From assembly GCF_021028975.2 (NCBI RefSeq), contig NC_059438.1:28272001-28336000 (forward strand): 64,000 nt of DNA. The letters are read 5' to 3'. A program made the translations under genes and the position numbers. The number at the start of each line of letters is the position of its first letter. Within the stretch, counting starts at the first letter, position 1. Shown here in pieces: positions 1 through 13,739 of the stretch. The notes below the pieces were generated by a model. That model had not been told where the DNA came from. It saw only the letters and a list, made by a program, of their open reading frames with translations, and did no database searches. This DNA is from Sphaerodactylus townsendi. Taxonomy: Eukaryota.

Positions 1-1098
1 TTCTGCAAATCTTGGCATTCCCAGGATTTGCAGAGCTGTGGCTGTAACTGGTCCTGTAATGCGGATTTTTTGATCCTCACTGGGATAAACCTTGGCAATT
101 AGAAATTCAATTACACTTCATTTCATACAAGGACTGTCCAAAGAGCCCAATTGTTGTTGGAACATTACCATTGCTGATATTGCACGTGATATAAATAAAA
201 TTAATCCAAGCTAAGCCTATATAACCAACAAATAATGATTGAAAAGCATGTGACCCTACCAATTAAAACAATAAATTATATGATAGTCAAGACAATTGTA
301 TTTATTGTTTAGCCTGAGGCCCCCACCCACTCATGTTCTCAAAATGATATGGCAAGAACCAAATCAATTACACTTCCATGGCAAGTTTAAGGAAAATGTT
401 AAGTATGTGAAAAAAATAGTACGCTGAAAGTGTCACATCTTAAAAGGCCCCTGCCTAAGTTTTAATCTCATGCCCTGATTGGAAAGGATTATGTACCAGA
501 AACAGCAAGAAACTTCCTGGTTGGTTAATATCTTCTAGTCAGAGGCTGTCTGAACATGGGCAGTGAAGAGGGCTTGAAAACCTTTGAAAACTGCTCATAG
601 AAACAGAGAAAAGGTCAGCTTTGTGTGCAACTCAAACGTCCAGTGTTCAACGGAAAAACATCACCTGTCTACACATGCAGAATGGCTTCTCCTTATCTTT
701 ACAACAAAATAAATTGAAACCCAGTTTAATTTTATACCTGACAAATGACAATGGATATTAGGGCCATATCTTCTCAGTGCCACTCATCCGAATTTCATAG
801 GTCTGAGCTACTGAACCACAGCAACCTGTCAGTGCATTTTCTAGCTCATGATCCGAGATGATTTGGAGCTCAGGTGACTGTGATTAACTCTATGACCTCC
901 CATCCTTCAAAAGAGGGGGAGGCTAATTCTATTCTTTCCCTCTGGGGTCCCCACCCCATTCCTGAATACTGAGAAGGCTCTAGTTTAGCATTAGCTCGAT
1001 GGCTGAAATAAGTCTTGCCTGTCTCCACTTCATAGACATCAAAAGAACCATTTATGAAAGGAAAATGAGAAAAAAAATGGCTAAATTATTCCACTGAC

Positions 1099-1254
1099 CC
1101 TGGAACGGATCTTCTCTTCCATGTATCTCAGCACCTTATCGGAAGCTATGATACTGCCTTTCTTTTTGGTTATAGTTTGGACTATGTCTTTTTCAAAGTC
1201 TGCTAAGGCTTTCTTAATGTCAACCATGCGAATATCTTCCTCCTCCAGGACAGC
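1099..1254 (-). CDS. CCDC113: CCDC113 coding exon 4 (AVLEEEDIRMVDIKKALADFEKDIV...KKGSIIASDKVLRYMEEKIRSR); the gene continues left of the window
   Basis: ctgcag acceptor, gtcagt donor, 156 nt open; FEKDI..KKGSI motif. Confidence 0.92.
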
Positions 1255-1321
1255 CTGCAGAATTCAAATCACAGCATGAGTACCAACGTATCACATTTCA
1301 CTCAATCTCTGGGGAGGAGCC

Positions 1322-1648
1322 TGTTGGGTTTTACCACACAGAAAAGAGGCTAACACACTAGTTAAAAGGGGTAAAAGGTAAATGTTTATTGGGAACTACA
1401 TTTAGGATAGGAAAAAAGGGAAAAATAACATGCTGCTGTCTCGCTAGCTAGGACGAGTCTCTGCAACTAACTTCCACAATGTAGGAGGACATTAGACCTG
1501 AGAGTATCAGTCTAAGGACAGACAAAAGGGGACCCAGCAGGACCAAGGGGTCACTAACCTTACAGCCTTCTCTAGCTGACCACTTGCCTGGTCCCTGCTG
1601 GGTCTTCTTCTCAGTTCCTTTGCACATTAGACATTGCTACATCCAACA
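1322..1648 (-). mobile_element. Probable solo LTR
   Basis: TGTTGG...CCAACA termini, internal TTTATT (polyA signal on -), imperfect 5-bp flanks gagcc/gggct. Confidence 0.5.
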
Positions 1649-2788
1649 GGGCTTAAAGCCACATGGGTCACGAAGCTGAGTTGGAAGCAAGCAGTGTGCC
1701 AATACAGAGGCACTTATGTATAGTGGCCCCTCCCTTAGATTTAAAGAAGCAATGGAGAAAATCAGTATTTAGTTGGGCCACCATTGACCTAGGTTCCTTC
1801 AATGAACTTAAAAAGGCATAATGCTGCTTAGGATGCCACGGATAATCACCTTTCAAGCAGCTCTGAAAATTTGCCCATGATCATGCAGCTGACATGCTGA
1901 TACATGGGGCAGTAGCAAGGCCAGACTGAAAGGCAGGAAGCTCAATAAATATGGGGCTTGCCCACGTTCTTCTTCTAAGAAATTGTGTGAGGAAGTAACT
2001 ACCAGCATCATCAAAGAATGGTTAACTTTATGGACGCTGTTTCTATGGGAGCATCTGAAGTAGGACTCCTCAAAAGTCAGTCTCAGTTCAATGGGGCTTA
2101 CTCTGGATAGTGTTCTTAGGATTGCAATCTCTGTCAATATGGCACTGAATGAGGAAGTAGGAAAGAAGGCCTAATTTGCAACTATTGTTTCCAAGTTCAA
2201 GTGCCCAAATGGAGCCCTTTTTGGGCAGCACTAACAGACATTCTGGTCTTTTGTATGTTAAATAGAAGAGCAAAACCACCTCTAAGCTCGGATTATAATG
2301 TCAAAGCTAATGCTGTTGGCTTCCTGTAGGAGTCAGTTTGGCAGGCTGCGAGAAGCCACATGACTCCCCAATCAATAGTAATCAATTGAACCTTTCAAAT
2401 GACCCATCCTCTGCAGAACGAAGACTGCAGTGCCTTTCAGGATCCATGAATGTCTGCCTAAAGCTTTTCCCTCTCTGGGCTTGTGGAGCCAAACAGTTGG
2501 AATACTAAATCCCAGACATTTTAAGGAACTCTGAAAGCCTTAAGTTTTAAAGTTTTTGCTTACTTGAAAAGAAAAATAAAACACCTGTAGGCTATTTATC
2601 TATGTCTTCAGTTAACTGGAGCTTTTTTGGCAATAAGGTCCACAGGTACCAGGGAACCTGCCTCATCAGACACAGGAGCAGATGCATGGCCAGAAATGCC
2701 AAACACCGATGTTAGTGGATCTGCCCTCAAATGAAGACAGAACAAAGACGAATGCAGTATGAACCAAATGCACATGGACAACTATTAC

Positions 2789-2950
2789 CAGGTAGTTTTG
2801 CAAAACCCGTTCTGAGTTCTCCTTCATCCGCTGAATGTCTTCCTTGGTCTCCTCCAGCTCCCGTTGTGCTAAATCACACTTCTGTTCCACAGTCAAGCAT
2901 ATCAGTCGATCTGTTGCTACACGGGATTTAGATCTGCGCCTGCTGCGCGG
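2789..2950 (-). CDS. CCDC113: CCDC113 coding exon 3 (PRSRRRSKSRVATDRLICLTVEQKCDLAQRELEE...QNYL)
   Basis: RRRSKSR...LT..QK motif of CCDC113; AG/GT boundaries; 162 nt, phase 0. Confidence 0.92.
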
Positions 2951-3204
2951 CTGCAATCCAAAAGGAAAGCAAGGAACAGTATGAAGTAGTGAAGAAGCCA
3001 CAACGAATGCTCTGCTAAACTCTGTCATTTGAGGCTTTCGTGGTTGAATGTTAAAAAGTTGTTAAGATGTCTTAGACAGGATTTGTGGTTGACTGGATGC
3101 AAAGATGACTTGGCAGTAACAGAGGAGAGGAGGTGAAATGGGGTGGTGTGTTGGACTGGCTTTGAGGAAACTCAGGCTCAAATCCCCACTCCTCAAAGAA
3201 AATC

Positions 3205-3470
3205 AGAATGGTGTAGCAGTAAAGAGCAGGTGAACTCTAATCTGGGTTTGATTCCCTGTTTCTGCCACTTGAGCTGTGGAGGCTTATCTGGTGAACTCGA
3301 TTAGCTTGTGTACTCCAACACATGCCAGCTGGGTGACCTTGAGCTAGTCATAGTTCTTCGGAGCTCTCTCAGCCCCACCCACCACACAGGGGAAGGGAAA
3401 GAAGATTGTAAGCCACTTTGAGTCTCATGGGAGAGAAAGGGGGGATAAAAATCCAAACTCTTCTTCTTCT
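3205..3470 (+). mobile_element. Squam3-type tRNA-derived SINE
   Basis: ggtgtagcagtaaagagc...ctctaatctgg head, ctctctcagccccac body, (TTC)n tail; many similar copies in the window. Confidence 0.8.
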
Positions 3471-3619
3471 CAGTAGGGCTGGATTGTCAAAAAAAAGGGG
3501 GTAGGAAAAACCATGTATGCCCCCATGACTTCCTTGAAGAAAGGACAAATAGACTGATATGACTGATTAATAGCTAGCTGTGTAAAATGTAGATGTTAAA
3601 GCAGTGATAAAAGCATGTA

Positions 3620-4171
3620 CTTTATATACTTGCGTATAAGTCTACTTTTTCAGCACATTTTTGTGCTGAAAAAGCCCCCCCCTCGATTTATACGCGAGTG
3701 AGGGCCCCACTTAACTCTTGTGTGACGTTCCCCCTCTCCCGTCTTCACTCTCTCCTGCCTTCTTCTCTGCCTTCCCCTTTTCAGCTTTCTCTGCCTCTGC
3801 TTCGCTCTCCTCTGCCTTCTTCTCTGCCTTCCCCCTTTCAGCCACTTTCTCTGCCTCTGCCTTCTTCTCAGCGGCGGCCAGCCCCTGGCTCTCGGTGAGT
3901 GACAGCCAGTTGACCTGGGTGAGCTGGACAAGCTGCAGGATGGAGAGGTCGGTGGCAGAGACCTTGGGATTGGTGAGATGGGAGGGGGGGTCAGTGGCAG
4001 AGACCCCAAATAGTGCCCAACCATATCTATTTTTATTTTTGAAATTTGCCAGTAGCTGCTGCATTTCCCACCCTAGACTTATACTCGAGTCAATAAGTTT
4101 TCCCAGTTTTTTGTGGTAAAATTAGGTGCCTTAACTTATATTCGGGTCGACTTATACACAAGTATATATGG
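3620..4171. mobile_element. Tc1/mariner (Tc2/Tigger-like) non-autonomous DNA transposon
   Basis: TIRs tatatacttgcgtataagtc / gacttatacacaagtatata, TA on both flanks, internal subterminal repeats and a CT-rich low-complexity tract. Confidence 0.75.
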
Positions 4172-4528
4172 TAATTGGCTGCTAACTGTAAACAGCATGG
4201 TTTTTCTCCTGCTTTTTATTATTATCAGATTATCTGGGAAACAAAAAATAATCAGACAATGTAAATTGGGAGCTAAGAGAAATGAAGTGAAATTTAAGTG
4301 TAACAAAACTGAGAAAGTAAATAAAATATTTCAGGATAAAATGGAATTGGACAATCTAAGAATCTGGAAAAAAGAGGCAAAATGAGTGCGCGTGAGTCAG
4401 ACCAGCAGCTTTACAGAGCTTGGGGAGAAAAGCGGCAAGACCCATTCAATCACCACCTTCAAAGCTACAAAAATCCTGTGTTACAATAATAGGAACATCA
4501 ATCCCTACCAAGCAACCCGGTTGCTTAC

Positions 4529-4658
4529 AAATGTCACTTGCCCCAAATCCATCGAAGAGGGATGTCTTTCTGGCACGGCGTGGCTATCCTTTGGCTCCAT
4601 CCGACTTAAAAATTTCTGAAATATAGCTGACTCCAGTTTGAGAATGGAATAGGCATGG
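4529..4658 (-). CDS. CCDC113: CCDC113 coding exon 2 (HAYSILKLESAIFQKFLSRMEPKD...QVTF)
   Basis: Acceptor tcttttcag, donor gtaagc, 130 nt open in the correct phase; similar to mammalian NSALKTETEMFEKYYAKLEPRD. Confidence 0.88.
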
Positions 4659-5725
4659 CTGAAAAGAGATGACAGTTGATGTGAAGAAATTTAGCTGTTT
4701 GTATGCACTGTGTTCTTACAGAAACATGAGTGTTCTGTAGTTCAAACCAGAGGGATGCCAATGGTGTTCAAAACCCTCAAATGGCACACAGAATGCCTCC
4801 CAAGGCACTCCACTCCTTAGTGCAGTCATTATACCATAATAGCTTTCAGAGCACATTCAAGCTAGTAATGTAAGGTATGAATTTTACCTGGTTTCTCTAG
4901 GATGTTCTGTAAAATCTCCTAAATTATCTTAGAAAAATGCTAAAAATGGCAGGACTTTCCCCAATTTTTTTCCAACTTTGAAATATTTAAACACAATACC
5001 CTTCCTCAATTCTCTTTTGTCTCGGCCAGGATCCACTATGGGGCCATAGATTGTTCCCTTCTAGTCCCTGAAACAAGGACTTGCCACACAGATGTAATTA
5101 TCTGTTTTTCAGTTTCCAGTCCATAAAGTTAATAATTACGACTGAGTCCTACAATGAAAGTAACAGTTTAAAAAAATGATGTCCCATTCGTCATGTGAAT
5201 TCTTGTTTTGCTGCAATCAGTGACGACACCTTTGTGATTTCCTTTTTTCTCTTTTGGTGATTTAGATAATGTTCAAAAAATTAAGTATGTCACATAAAGA
5301 TTTTTCTTTCTCTGGTACCGCTAATGGGGACATGGGGTATCCCATATCCCCGGGCGCACGCTGTGGCCACCCACTGCTGAGCCTCACCCCCCTCCCGCTG
5401 AGCCTCACTCAGCAATTCTTGGTGAAATTATGGGGTGAAAAATTTGTAGGATCTGAAGAGAAACCACAGTATGATTCTTGGCAAAATTATGAAGATAATG
5501 AAGTGGATCTCCTTATAGCAATGCAGGTCAGCTTTGCGGCCAACCAGCATAAAGCTGAAATTTTGCCACTTAGCTCCCATTCCTGAATGGCTCATGGAAT
5601 CCAGCAAACTTCTTTTTTTAAAAGCAAGGAATTCTATGACTCATGCCTTGTTCAAAAGTGATGCTGGCTGAGGCAAAAAGAACTGGCCCTTGAAACTCTG
5701 ATGTCACACAGCACCTGAGCTTCTA

Positions 5726-5787
5726 CATGAGCAAAGAAGTGACACAGGTAACTAGCATGAGCAAAGAAGTGACACAGGTAACTAGCA
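5726..5787. repeat. Perfect 30-bp tandem duplication
   Basis: catgagcaaagaagtgacacaggtaactag x2. Confidence 0.9.
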
Positions 5788-6022
5788 GTGCACAGATGTG
5801 CCAAGTTGTTTTTGCCTCAGTCGGTGCCACTTTTCAACAAAGTCTCACAACTTTGTCTCTGTATGAAGGGCCGCTTTCCCTCAATTATTGAGCCACCCAC
5901 AACTTTCTTCCTCAACAGTTGTATGCAACATGGAAATTGCCTTCATTGTCAGAACATCCCCACCCTTTCCATAACATCCCAGTGTGATGCTGCTCTCTCT
6001 AAGTAAGCTGGAAACATACTGG

Positions 6023-6200
6023 GGAAGTCAGTGTGGTGCAGTGGTTAAGACTGGGATCAGGAGCATTCAGGTTCAAGCCCTCACCTTACTGTGAAGATAG
6101 GTGGGTGATTCTGGGCAAGTTGTTTTCTCTCAGCTTCAGCTACCTCACAAGGTTGTTGTGAGAATACAAGGAAAGGGAGAGCATGTAATGCAGGTAGGTA
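6023..6200 (+). mobile_element. Older Squam3-like SINE followed by an (AG)n microsatellite
   Basis: gtgtggtgcagtggttaaga head, cctcacaaggttgttgtgag body. Confidence 0.6.
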
Positions 6201-6834
6201 CAATGCACAATACAGAGAGAGAGAGAGAGAGAGAGGAAGTAATAGTGAGCTTGAGGCAGATGGGAGATAAACGTGGTAAATAGATAACGGTGCGCTGGAT
6301 CCAATGAGCAAAAGGAGTTAAACGTGCAATAGCAAGAAGTAACAGTGCACCAGAGAGTAAGAATGTACTAGCTAGCAAGGAGCAGAGGTGCCCAATAGCC
6401 CATGCTAACAGACTTGGAGAAAAATGTCCTCTCCCTTTAATAGAACATGCGGCGTTTTTTACTATTATTATTTACTCATTTGTGTGTCCATAAAGTGCTT
6501 CAAGTCGCAGCTGACATATGGGATTTCCAGGCAAGAGATTAGCATTCCTTGGTGGGCTCCCACCCAAATACTAACCACTAACCAGGACTGATCCTGTTTA
6601 TGAAATCTGAAGAGATCGCTAGCCTGGATCATCCAGGTCGAGACTCTTGCATGATTCTCCTCTTCTCCGCTTTATCCTCACAACAACCCCATAAGGTAGG
6701 CTAGGCTAGGAGCTGTGTGATTGTCCCCAAGTCGTCCAGCAACTTCTCTCAGAATCTAGTCCGACACGCTCCCCATTACAACTGGACGTTTTGGGTGGCG
6801 TGGAGATCCACAAACCCCCCGCTCGGCCGCCCAC

Positions 6835-6980
6835 CTCAACTCCTGCACTGTACTGCGGAGCTCGAACAGGGAGAGCGGGGCCAAGTCCTGGAGGATCTCT
6901 TCGCCCAATTCCCTCGACTCCCCCGTATAGATGCTGCCGCGGTCCGACTCCTCGTCCGTCAACAAAGGGCGGCTATCCAT
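6835..6980 (-). CDS. CCDC113: CCDC113/CFAP263 coding exon 1 (MDSRPLLTDEESD...STVQEL)
   Basis: ATG at 6980-6978; TDEES..L...V.EL resembles the mammalian N-terminus MTDDES...VEELS; donor AG|GTGGGC; phase 2 matches exon 2. Confidence 0.85.
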
Positions 6981-7093
6981 CTTTCACCCGCGCCTTCGGA
7001 CGATGCCCGTGTCCGTCACGCGTTTGGCACGTCCCCACGTTACCGAGTTGGTGCCAGCAGCGCCGGGAAACACCCAACGCGGTCCAGCAAAGC

Positions 7094-7107
7094 GTTGCCA
7101 TGGCGCC
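7094..7107. promoter_or_regulatory. RFX X-box-like site GTTGCCATGGCGCC
   Basis: 12/14 match to GTTGCCATGGCAAC, about 115 bp upstream of the ATG of the ciliary gene CCDC113. Confidence 0.65.
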
Positions 7108-7298
7108 GGTGGGTGGGCGGGGCACTGGAGCAGGCGGTGGGTCGGTTGCGCGCGCAGCAGCAGGAGACCTCCGGCGCTGAGAGGGTCACTGCGCCCGCGC
7201 GCGGGCCGGTGGGCGAGTTGGTTGCGCGCGCAATCCGGAGGAGTCTTTTGACGCTCAAAGGATGGGGAACGGGCGTGAGTGCTGGAGGGGCGAGCTAG

Positions 7299-7796
<498 letters not shown>

Positions 7797-8036
7797 TAAG
7801 CAGAAGAAGGGGCGGGCGGGCTCTCCCCCCGGGGCCGGGGCTGCCTCCTTTCAGCCGACCGGCCCCCAGTGGGCGCGTGCTCCAGTGAACCGGCTCTTCC
7901 TTCCCGAGCTTGCAGGCTCTATTTTCTGCTCCCCGCCCCGAAATGTTGCATTCGCACAATTGCACCTTCTGCTTCCTCTTTCTGCCCAGGCAAAGGGAGC
8001 TCCACGGCTGGATGCTGGGAGGAGGCCGCGTCGATG

Positions 8037-8067
<31 letters not shown>

Positions 8068-8439
8068 CGGGCCGTGGTTTCTAATGCCTTGTTTGTGGGC
8101 TCTCCAGGGCAACGGGTTGTGTGTGAAACAAAAGGTTGGACCGGGTAAAAAACAGGGGTTTGAGTATCGGAGTTTGACAGTGCAATTGTAGTACCGTAGC
8201 ACTGTCCTGGGAGTGAGGCCCAATAATAACATGGGAGTAACTCCAGATTAGACCTATTTAGGATGTCGCCCTTAAAGCCCCAAGGGGCTGTGCCTAAACT
8301 TGGCATTACTGTTCCGGTATCTAAGAAAGATCTGACCTGAGTATCTCAGTAAATAATAGAGGATTCGCCACTTTGTGGAGAAAAAGGAGGTAGAAAGAGC
8401 CTTTTGTTTCTCTCCCACTGGTGTGCCCAGTGAAGTGGA

Positions 8440-8780
8440 TGGGTGACTGATTCATGATGGATGAAAGGAAATTCTTCTTTACTCAACAATTAATTAAATT
8501 GTAGCATTCCCTTTTAGTGGATGTAGTGATGGCTTTGATCATAGAGTGGGGTTAGTCAGGTTCATGAAGGACAGGCCCAACCATAGCTGGTAGCCAGAAT
8601 GCGTAAGCGGAATCCCCATGTACAGAAGTAGTCAATCTCTGATTACAAGTTCCAGGAGGCAAAATTGGGAAGGCTGCATCTTCTGTGTTTTGACTCTTCA
8701 AACTGGATCACAGTGTGAGACAGGATGCTAGACTAGATGATCACTAGTCTGATCCAACTGGGCACTTCTAAATATTTCTG
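8440..8780 (+). mobile_element. Degenerate CR1 3' end
   Basis: aaaggaaattcttctttactcaac...gatgtagtgatggc...tagtctgatcca resembles the 3' end of the young CR1 at 51.8-52.1 kb. Confidence 0.65.
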
Positions 8781-9574
8781 GGATGAGATCTTCAGTCAAA
8801 TGTGAGGCAGGTCAGTATGTTTCTAACAAGGGACAAATTTTGCAATAGCATTACTTTGGGTCTCAACTTTAACTTCTTTTTTTGCACCCATTCACAATAA
8901 TTAGTATCAGATCATGTGGGAAAGACCTCTTTGGCTGGGGTGAGCCCTTTTGTGGAAAAAGAGATCCAAGGCACACACTTAATGCTTCTGCTTGTTGGCA
9001 GAAATGAATGCATCAGTTTAGAGCCGTGGCATACAGCCTGAAAGCATACCTATAAGATTAAATGTTATTAGTTTCTTTGAATTCCTTTTTGTATCTGAAC
9101 CAGAGTGGCAGTTGGATTGATCTGGACTTTGGAAATAGGTAGTGCTAATTAGGAATGTTATCCTGTGACTGGTTAGGGAGCAATTTATCCTTCCCTGTTT
9201 TCTTGTTGGGATGTTTGTAGGAAAGGGAAGAGGAAAAAGTCTCATGTAGAGAATTGTCTTCCTCACCCAAGGGCTGTGAGGGAGAAACAGGCACACCACC
9301 CCTAACATGTATTTCAGAACATAAGTCAAGGCAGATGTCGACTGGTTGATTTAAAGGACTCTGGCAGCTGTTGGCAGATTTCCTGATCTCATGGTTACAG
9401 ATGGATAGCACGTGTTCAGAATTCTTAGCTCGGATGATTTTATTTTTTTATCTCCTCCCCTGCATCTGGTATAATACTGAGATGGTAGCTACGAAGACTC
9501 TTCTATCTAGCAATCAATGGAGTGTGGTGTTGAAGTAAATCTCACTGGTTCTCCCACATCCGGAAAGAATCTAA

Positions 9575-9805
<231 letters not shown>

Positions 9806-10559
9806 TAAAGTTGTATAATCTTTCCTACAGCTGAGTAATAGATCGTTCTTACTATTCTAATTTGTAACCATTTGAACTTTTAAATCTAGAATGGGAGTTG
9901 GGCCACTGAATTTTATCTCTGTTTTTTACTGATCTTTTGGCAATCATGTTCCCTCCCTTTGTGTCTTGGAAAACTAAAACTGGAATGAAATCCTTTTGTG
10001 AAGGAACAACATCATGCCTTGTTTTTGAATAATATCACATATACTGATACCATGCAGTAAAATAGTGAATGGTAGAGCCTACTGGGCGGAATAGATATTA
10101 AGTTATGTGAATAGTAGTACAAAGCCTGTAGGGGAATTATTCCATTAATTTTTTTGATGATTTGCATTATCCTGGCAAGAGCTGTGTCATAGTGACTACC
10201 TGGATGGATTTTGAACAAGCATGTTTGAATGTTGCTATTGGTAGTAAAGCAGTACATGCTAATGTTAGTCAGCTTACCTTAAAATTAGGTGGGAAGCATA
10301 TTTATCACTGTATTGCATTTGGTCTCACAGCATTTTAACAGGATAACAGTTTAGTGGCACGTTTAAAAACTAACAAAATTATTGTGGTATATGCTTTTGT
10401 GAGTCAAATCTGTTTTTTTTTTTAAGTGCATGAAATGTAACAGCCAGTTGGCAGGGAGAAGGGGAGAAATATCTGAAGTAGCTAACAAGAGAGGGGTGGG
10501 GGGATGTGGTGGTTACATCAAGAAGAGGCTAGAACATTATCTCAGGATGCATATCGGTG

Positions 10560-11330
10560 GTCTTAAAGTTGCAGGGCACAGATGAAAATAAGATCCAGTC
10601 AAAAGAATAAGTGGCCATAGTCTGGGCATGGATTACTAAAGCCCAACAGTTCTTGAATTGGCAAAGTAGGATAAATCCGAGTAGTGTGCATAAACCTGAA
10701 AAGAATAATTGCTTTCTGCAGTATCTTCGTTTTTAAATGACTTGTCTTTTATCTTTTTTGCGTATAGACGTGAGTTTGCTGAGTTAATTGCTGAAGGGCA
10801 TTGCTAGTTCATGATAGCATATATTACATTAAAATATGTACAGGTGAATGAGCCAGTGGCAATACAATGAGTGCTGTAGTATTGTTGCTAGAGTAGGTGT
10901 GAGAGATGTGGGTGGGGCTGGTTGTCCCTTGTTTCTTTGCTGGGAGGTCTGTTAATGCTGTAAATTAGTTGTTCAGGTTGGGAGTCTGTAAAGCAAGACC
11001 AAGACTGCTCTCTGAGGAGGAAGGGATGGTCTTCCAGAAGTGACTATGTGTCTCTGATGATGCACTGAAAAGATTCCAGGACTGGGCCTTAGGTGATAAA
11101 CGGTAGCAATCCATTACATTTTATGCTAGGGCTGTCCTGTGGAAGAGGACTCTTGGGTTCCGACCTAGCCTTGTACTGTACTTTAATAAATGTTGGATGT
11201 AAATCCTACATAAGCCTGTCTATTTCTGTGCCATCACTCAGAACTAAAGTTTGCTGCAATGTCTTCTGAAAGAACTCCTCCTAAGTCTCAGTTGGTGGGC
11301 TATGTATCTGAAATGAAGCTTCATTTGTTC
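10560..11330 (-). mobile_element. Degenerate Penelope-like element (RT C-terminus / GIY-YIG region)
   Basis: Minus strand reads gtaatatatgctatcatg...caatgcccttcagc (VIYAIM..QCPSA), typical of Penelope GIY-YIG; heavily disrupted. Confidence 0.55.
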
Positions 11331-12714
11331 TTGGCTCCTGCCTTGTGAGAATGAGCTATGAGCAAAGAAGCCACACCTCAAATCTCACAGCCACCATGAA
11401 TCAGTGGGTGGGCTTAGGCGCGGAAGCAACATGCACTGCCAGACCGAAGTAGAAATGCAGTTCTTCACGGCTTCAATAGTCCTGTGTAAGGTGAGGATGT
11501 TTGTCAGTTGGGCACCTGTTATTTTACCAAGGAACGTCTGTTGGAAGAATTATAATTAACTCCCTAATCTTACCTTGCCTTGATCATTGGTTCCACTTTT
11601 CCAGGTAGTACTATGATAATCAAGGAGCAGCTCGAATTAGTGAATAGGAAAAGGGATGCTATCCTGAGCCTCTTGGAGGAAAAGCAGAGCAACAGTGTGA
11701 TAGGTAGTAAATTCTGTGTTCGGGAGCGGAGGATCTGTGTGGTTGCCACCTCCCATATGGAGACCAAACAGTAGTTAAAAATGCACATTAACATTTAAAC
11801 TTTTTTTGCATTTGCAGTGGCATACTGGGCATATTCAGTAGTCCTCTTGTCTGAAATGCTGCTAGTACATCAGCAGTTCATAATAAGTTGGAAGGTCCTG
11901 ATGCTTCTCCAAGGCCAGCCTTTGTGCCCTTGATGGAAGGTGCCGGAGCTCTGTGTGCGCGTTGGTTTTCCTCAAAATATTTTGCAAGAGTAACATGCTT
12001 ATCTTGACCCAGCCAGTGTAGAGCAGCTACTTACAAGGGGGAGGCTCTTGTGAAACGTGACACACAGTTAACTTCCTGGGTTTGATGTGATTCTGCAGTT
12101 TTGCTACTGTCCTGATTCTGTGTGCTGTATTGCTAAATCAGAGGGTTGCACATTTTAACGAAGCAACGGAGGGCAGCATTTAAGGCATTAGTTTGTGTTG
12201 TGGAGTTCCTCAAACCACTAAGGCAGGGCTCTGCTCCAAGGAGCTTACAGTCTGGTCTTTCAGTCAGGAGAGATGACAGAGAGGCCTAATGTAAGGGAGG
12301 CCAGGGCTGTGGCAGCTGTTCCATTGAATTTGTATTTTTAAAGCACTGGAGTCTGTGCAGAGCCAACATTTACAACCCTTTGAGAACTTTGCTGTCGGTG
12401 TCTCCTGGGTATACAACATGCCCTATGTATGATATTTTATTGGATAACTCTTAGCATAAGTTGCATGCATCTTACTGGGAGCAGTCCCCATTTAACACGG
12501 CTTACTTTCTTAATGCTCTGAGCTAGTCTTCAAGCAAGCAAATATAATTTCTAAAGATAATTTTTCTAATTGATTTATGTGCGTAGTCAACCCAGACTTC
12601 CATTTCCCAAGTTTTCTTCAGAGGTTTTTTTTTGTTTATTTATTTTCCCCATGTTTTTGCTATCAAGTTGCAGCCTGCAGGGTTTTCAGGGCAAGAGACA
12701 ATCAGATGTGGTTT

Positions 12715-12833
12715 AGCATAGTCTGCCTCTATAGTGTCCCTGGTATTCCTTGGTGGTCTCCCATCCAAATACTGCCCAGGGCTGAATCTGCTCAGCTTCT
12801 GATATCTGACAAGATCTCCCAACCTGGGCTATC
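12715..12833 (-). mobile_element. 5S rRNA-derived SINE fragment (similar copies near 6545-6640 and 18830-18930)
   Basis: ggtctcccatccaaatact...cagcttctgatatctgacaagatc is the reverse complement of the 5S internal promoter region, diverged. Confidence 0.75.
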
Positions 12834-12836
12834 TAG

Positions 12837-12954
12837 GGCGGATTCCGCATGGGCCAAAAACAGCGGTGTGCAAACTGTGTGAAATGGTTTAAAATGGTGT
12901 AAAAGGGTTTACACCGTTTTCACACCACTGTTTTTGGCCCATGTGGAATCCGCC
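12837..12954. mobile_element. PIF/Harbinger-like MITE, 118 bp
   Basis: About 34-bp TIRs ggcggattccgcatgggccaaaaacag..., 3-bp TSD TAG on both sides. Confidence 0.85.
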
Positions 12955-13739
12955 TAGGTTTGGGCTACTCAGTCTATTGAAGGTTCTAAACAACCTCTCA
13001 GCACTTTTTATGTAACTGCCATCGTGCCTTTTGACATAGTAATAGAATGTAAGACATGCACAGCACCCACATAGTGGATATAGCATGATTATCTGACCCA
13101 AAAACCGTCATCAGTAAGCAGGGGGATTCAAAGGGGAAGACAAATGCCATCGCACTCTGCAGCCTGCCTTTCTTATTCCATCTACACCTTTCCCTCCCTT
13201 CCTTGTGCTTTCCCTCACTTGCTCTGACTCTCATTCTTCAGCCCCCCTTTCTTTTATTAGTTTCTATTTTCTGCTCTTAGTTCTCCTCTCCACCTACCAG
13301 AGTCCCTGTGTCTTCTTCCCTTTCCTAACCCAGTTTCTGCTTTTAACCCCTGCAAAATAGTTTAAAAGTGCAAAGAACTTTGAACACTGTCTTGCGAGAT
13401 CATGGCTGCCATTTTGAGTTGTGCAGGTGATTGGTGTCTGGAGCATACTATTCAAACCCAAAATGGTAGCTGTAACATAGTCTTGCAGGATATTTTCACC
13501 TTTAAACCCACCCTCCCACCCCTTTGATTTTAAGATTTTTCTGCAAACTTAGAAGTTTTTCTGGTTTGCAGAAATGTCTGTTCTAGCGTTGGGTGCCTCC
13601 ATTTTGTGGATTTTGCAATCCATGTGGTGGGACCACCCATTGCTGTTAGGTAGATATATTGCATTTATTTTATAATATTTAAATTCAGCCTTATCTCCTC
13701 AAATTCAAGTAGCTAGCAAAGAAGCAAGTTGTAAATGCA

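Noticed and set aside
3650-4119. ORFs with EKKAE / SAF repeats
   Set aside because: They translate the CT-rich low-complexity interior of a Tc/mariner-like MITE inside a CCDC113 intron
12715-12833. 5S rRNA gene
   Set aside because: Partial, diverged, present as several dispersed copies and interrupted by a MITE; better explained as a 5S-derived SINE
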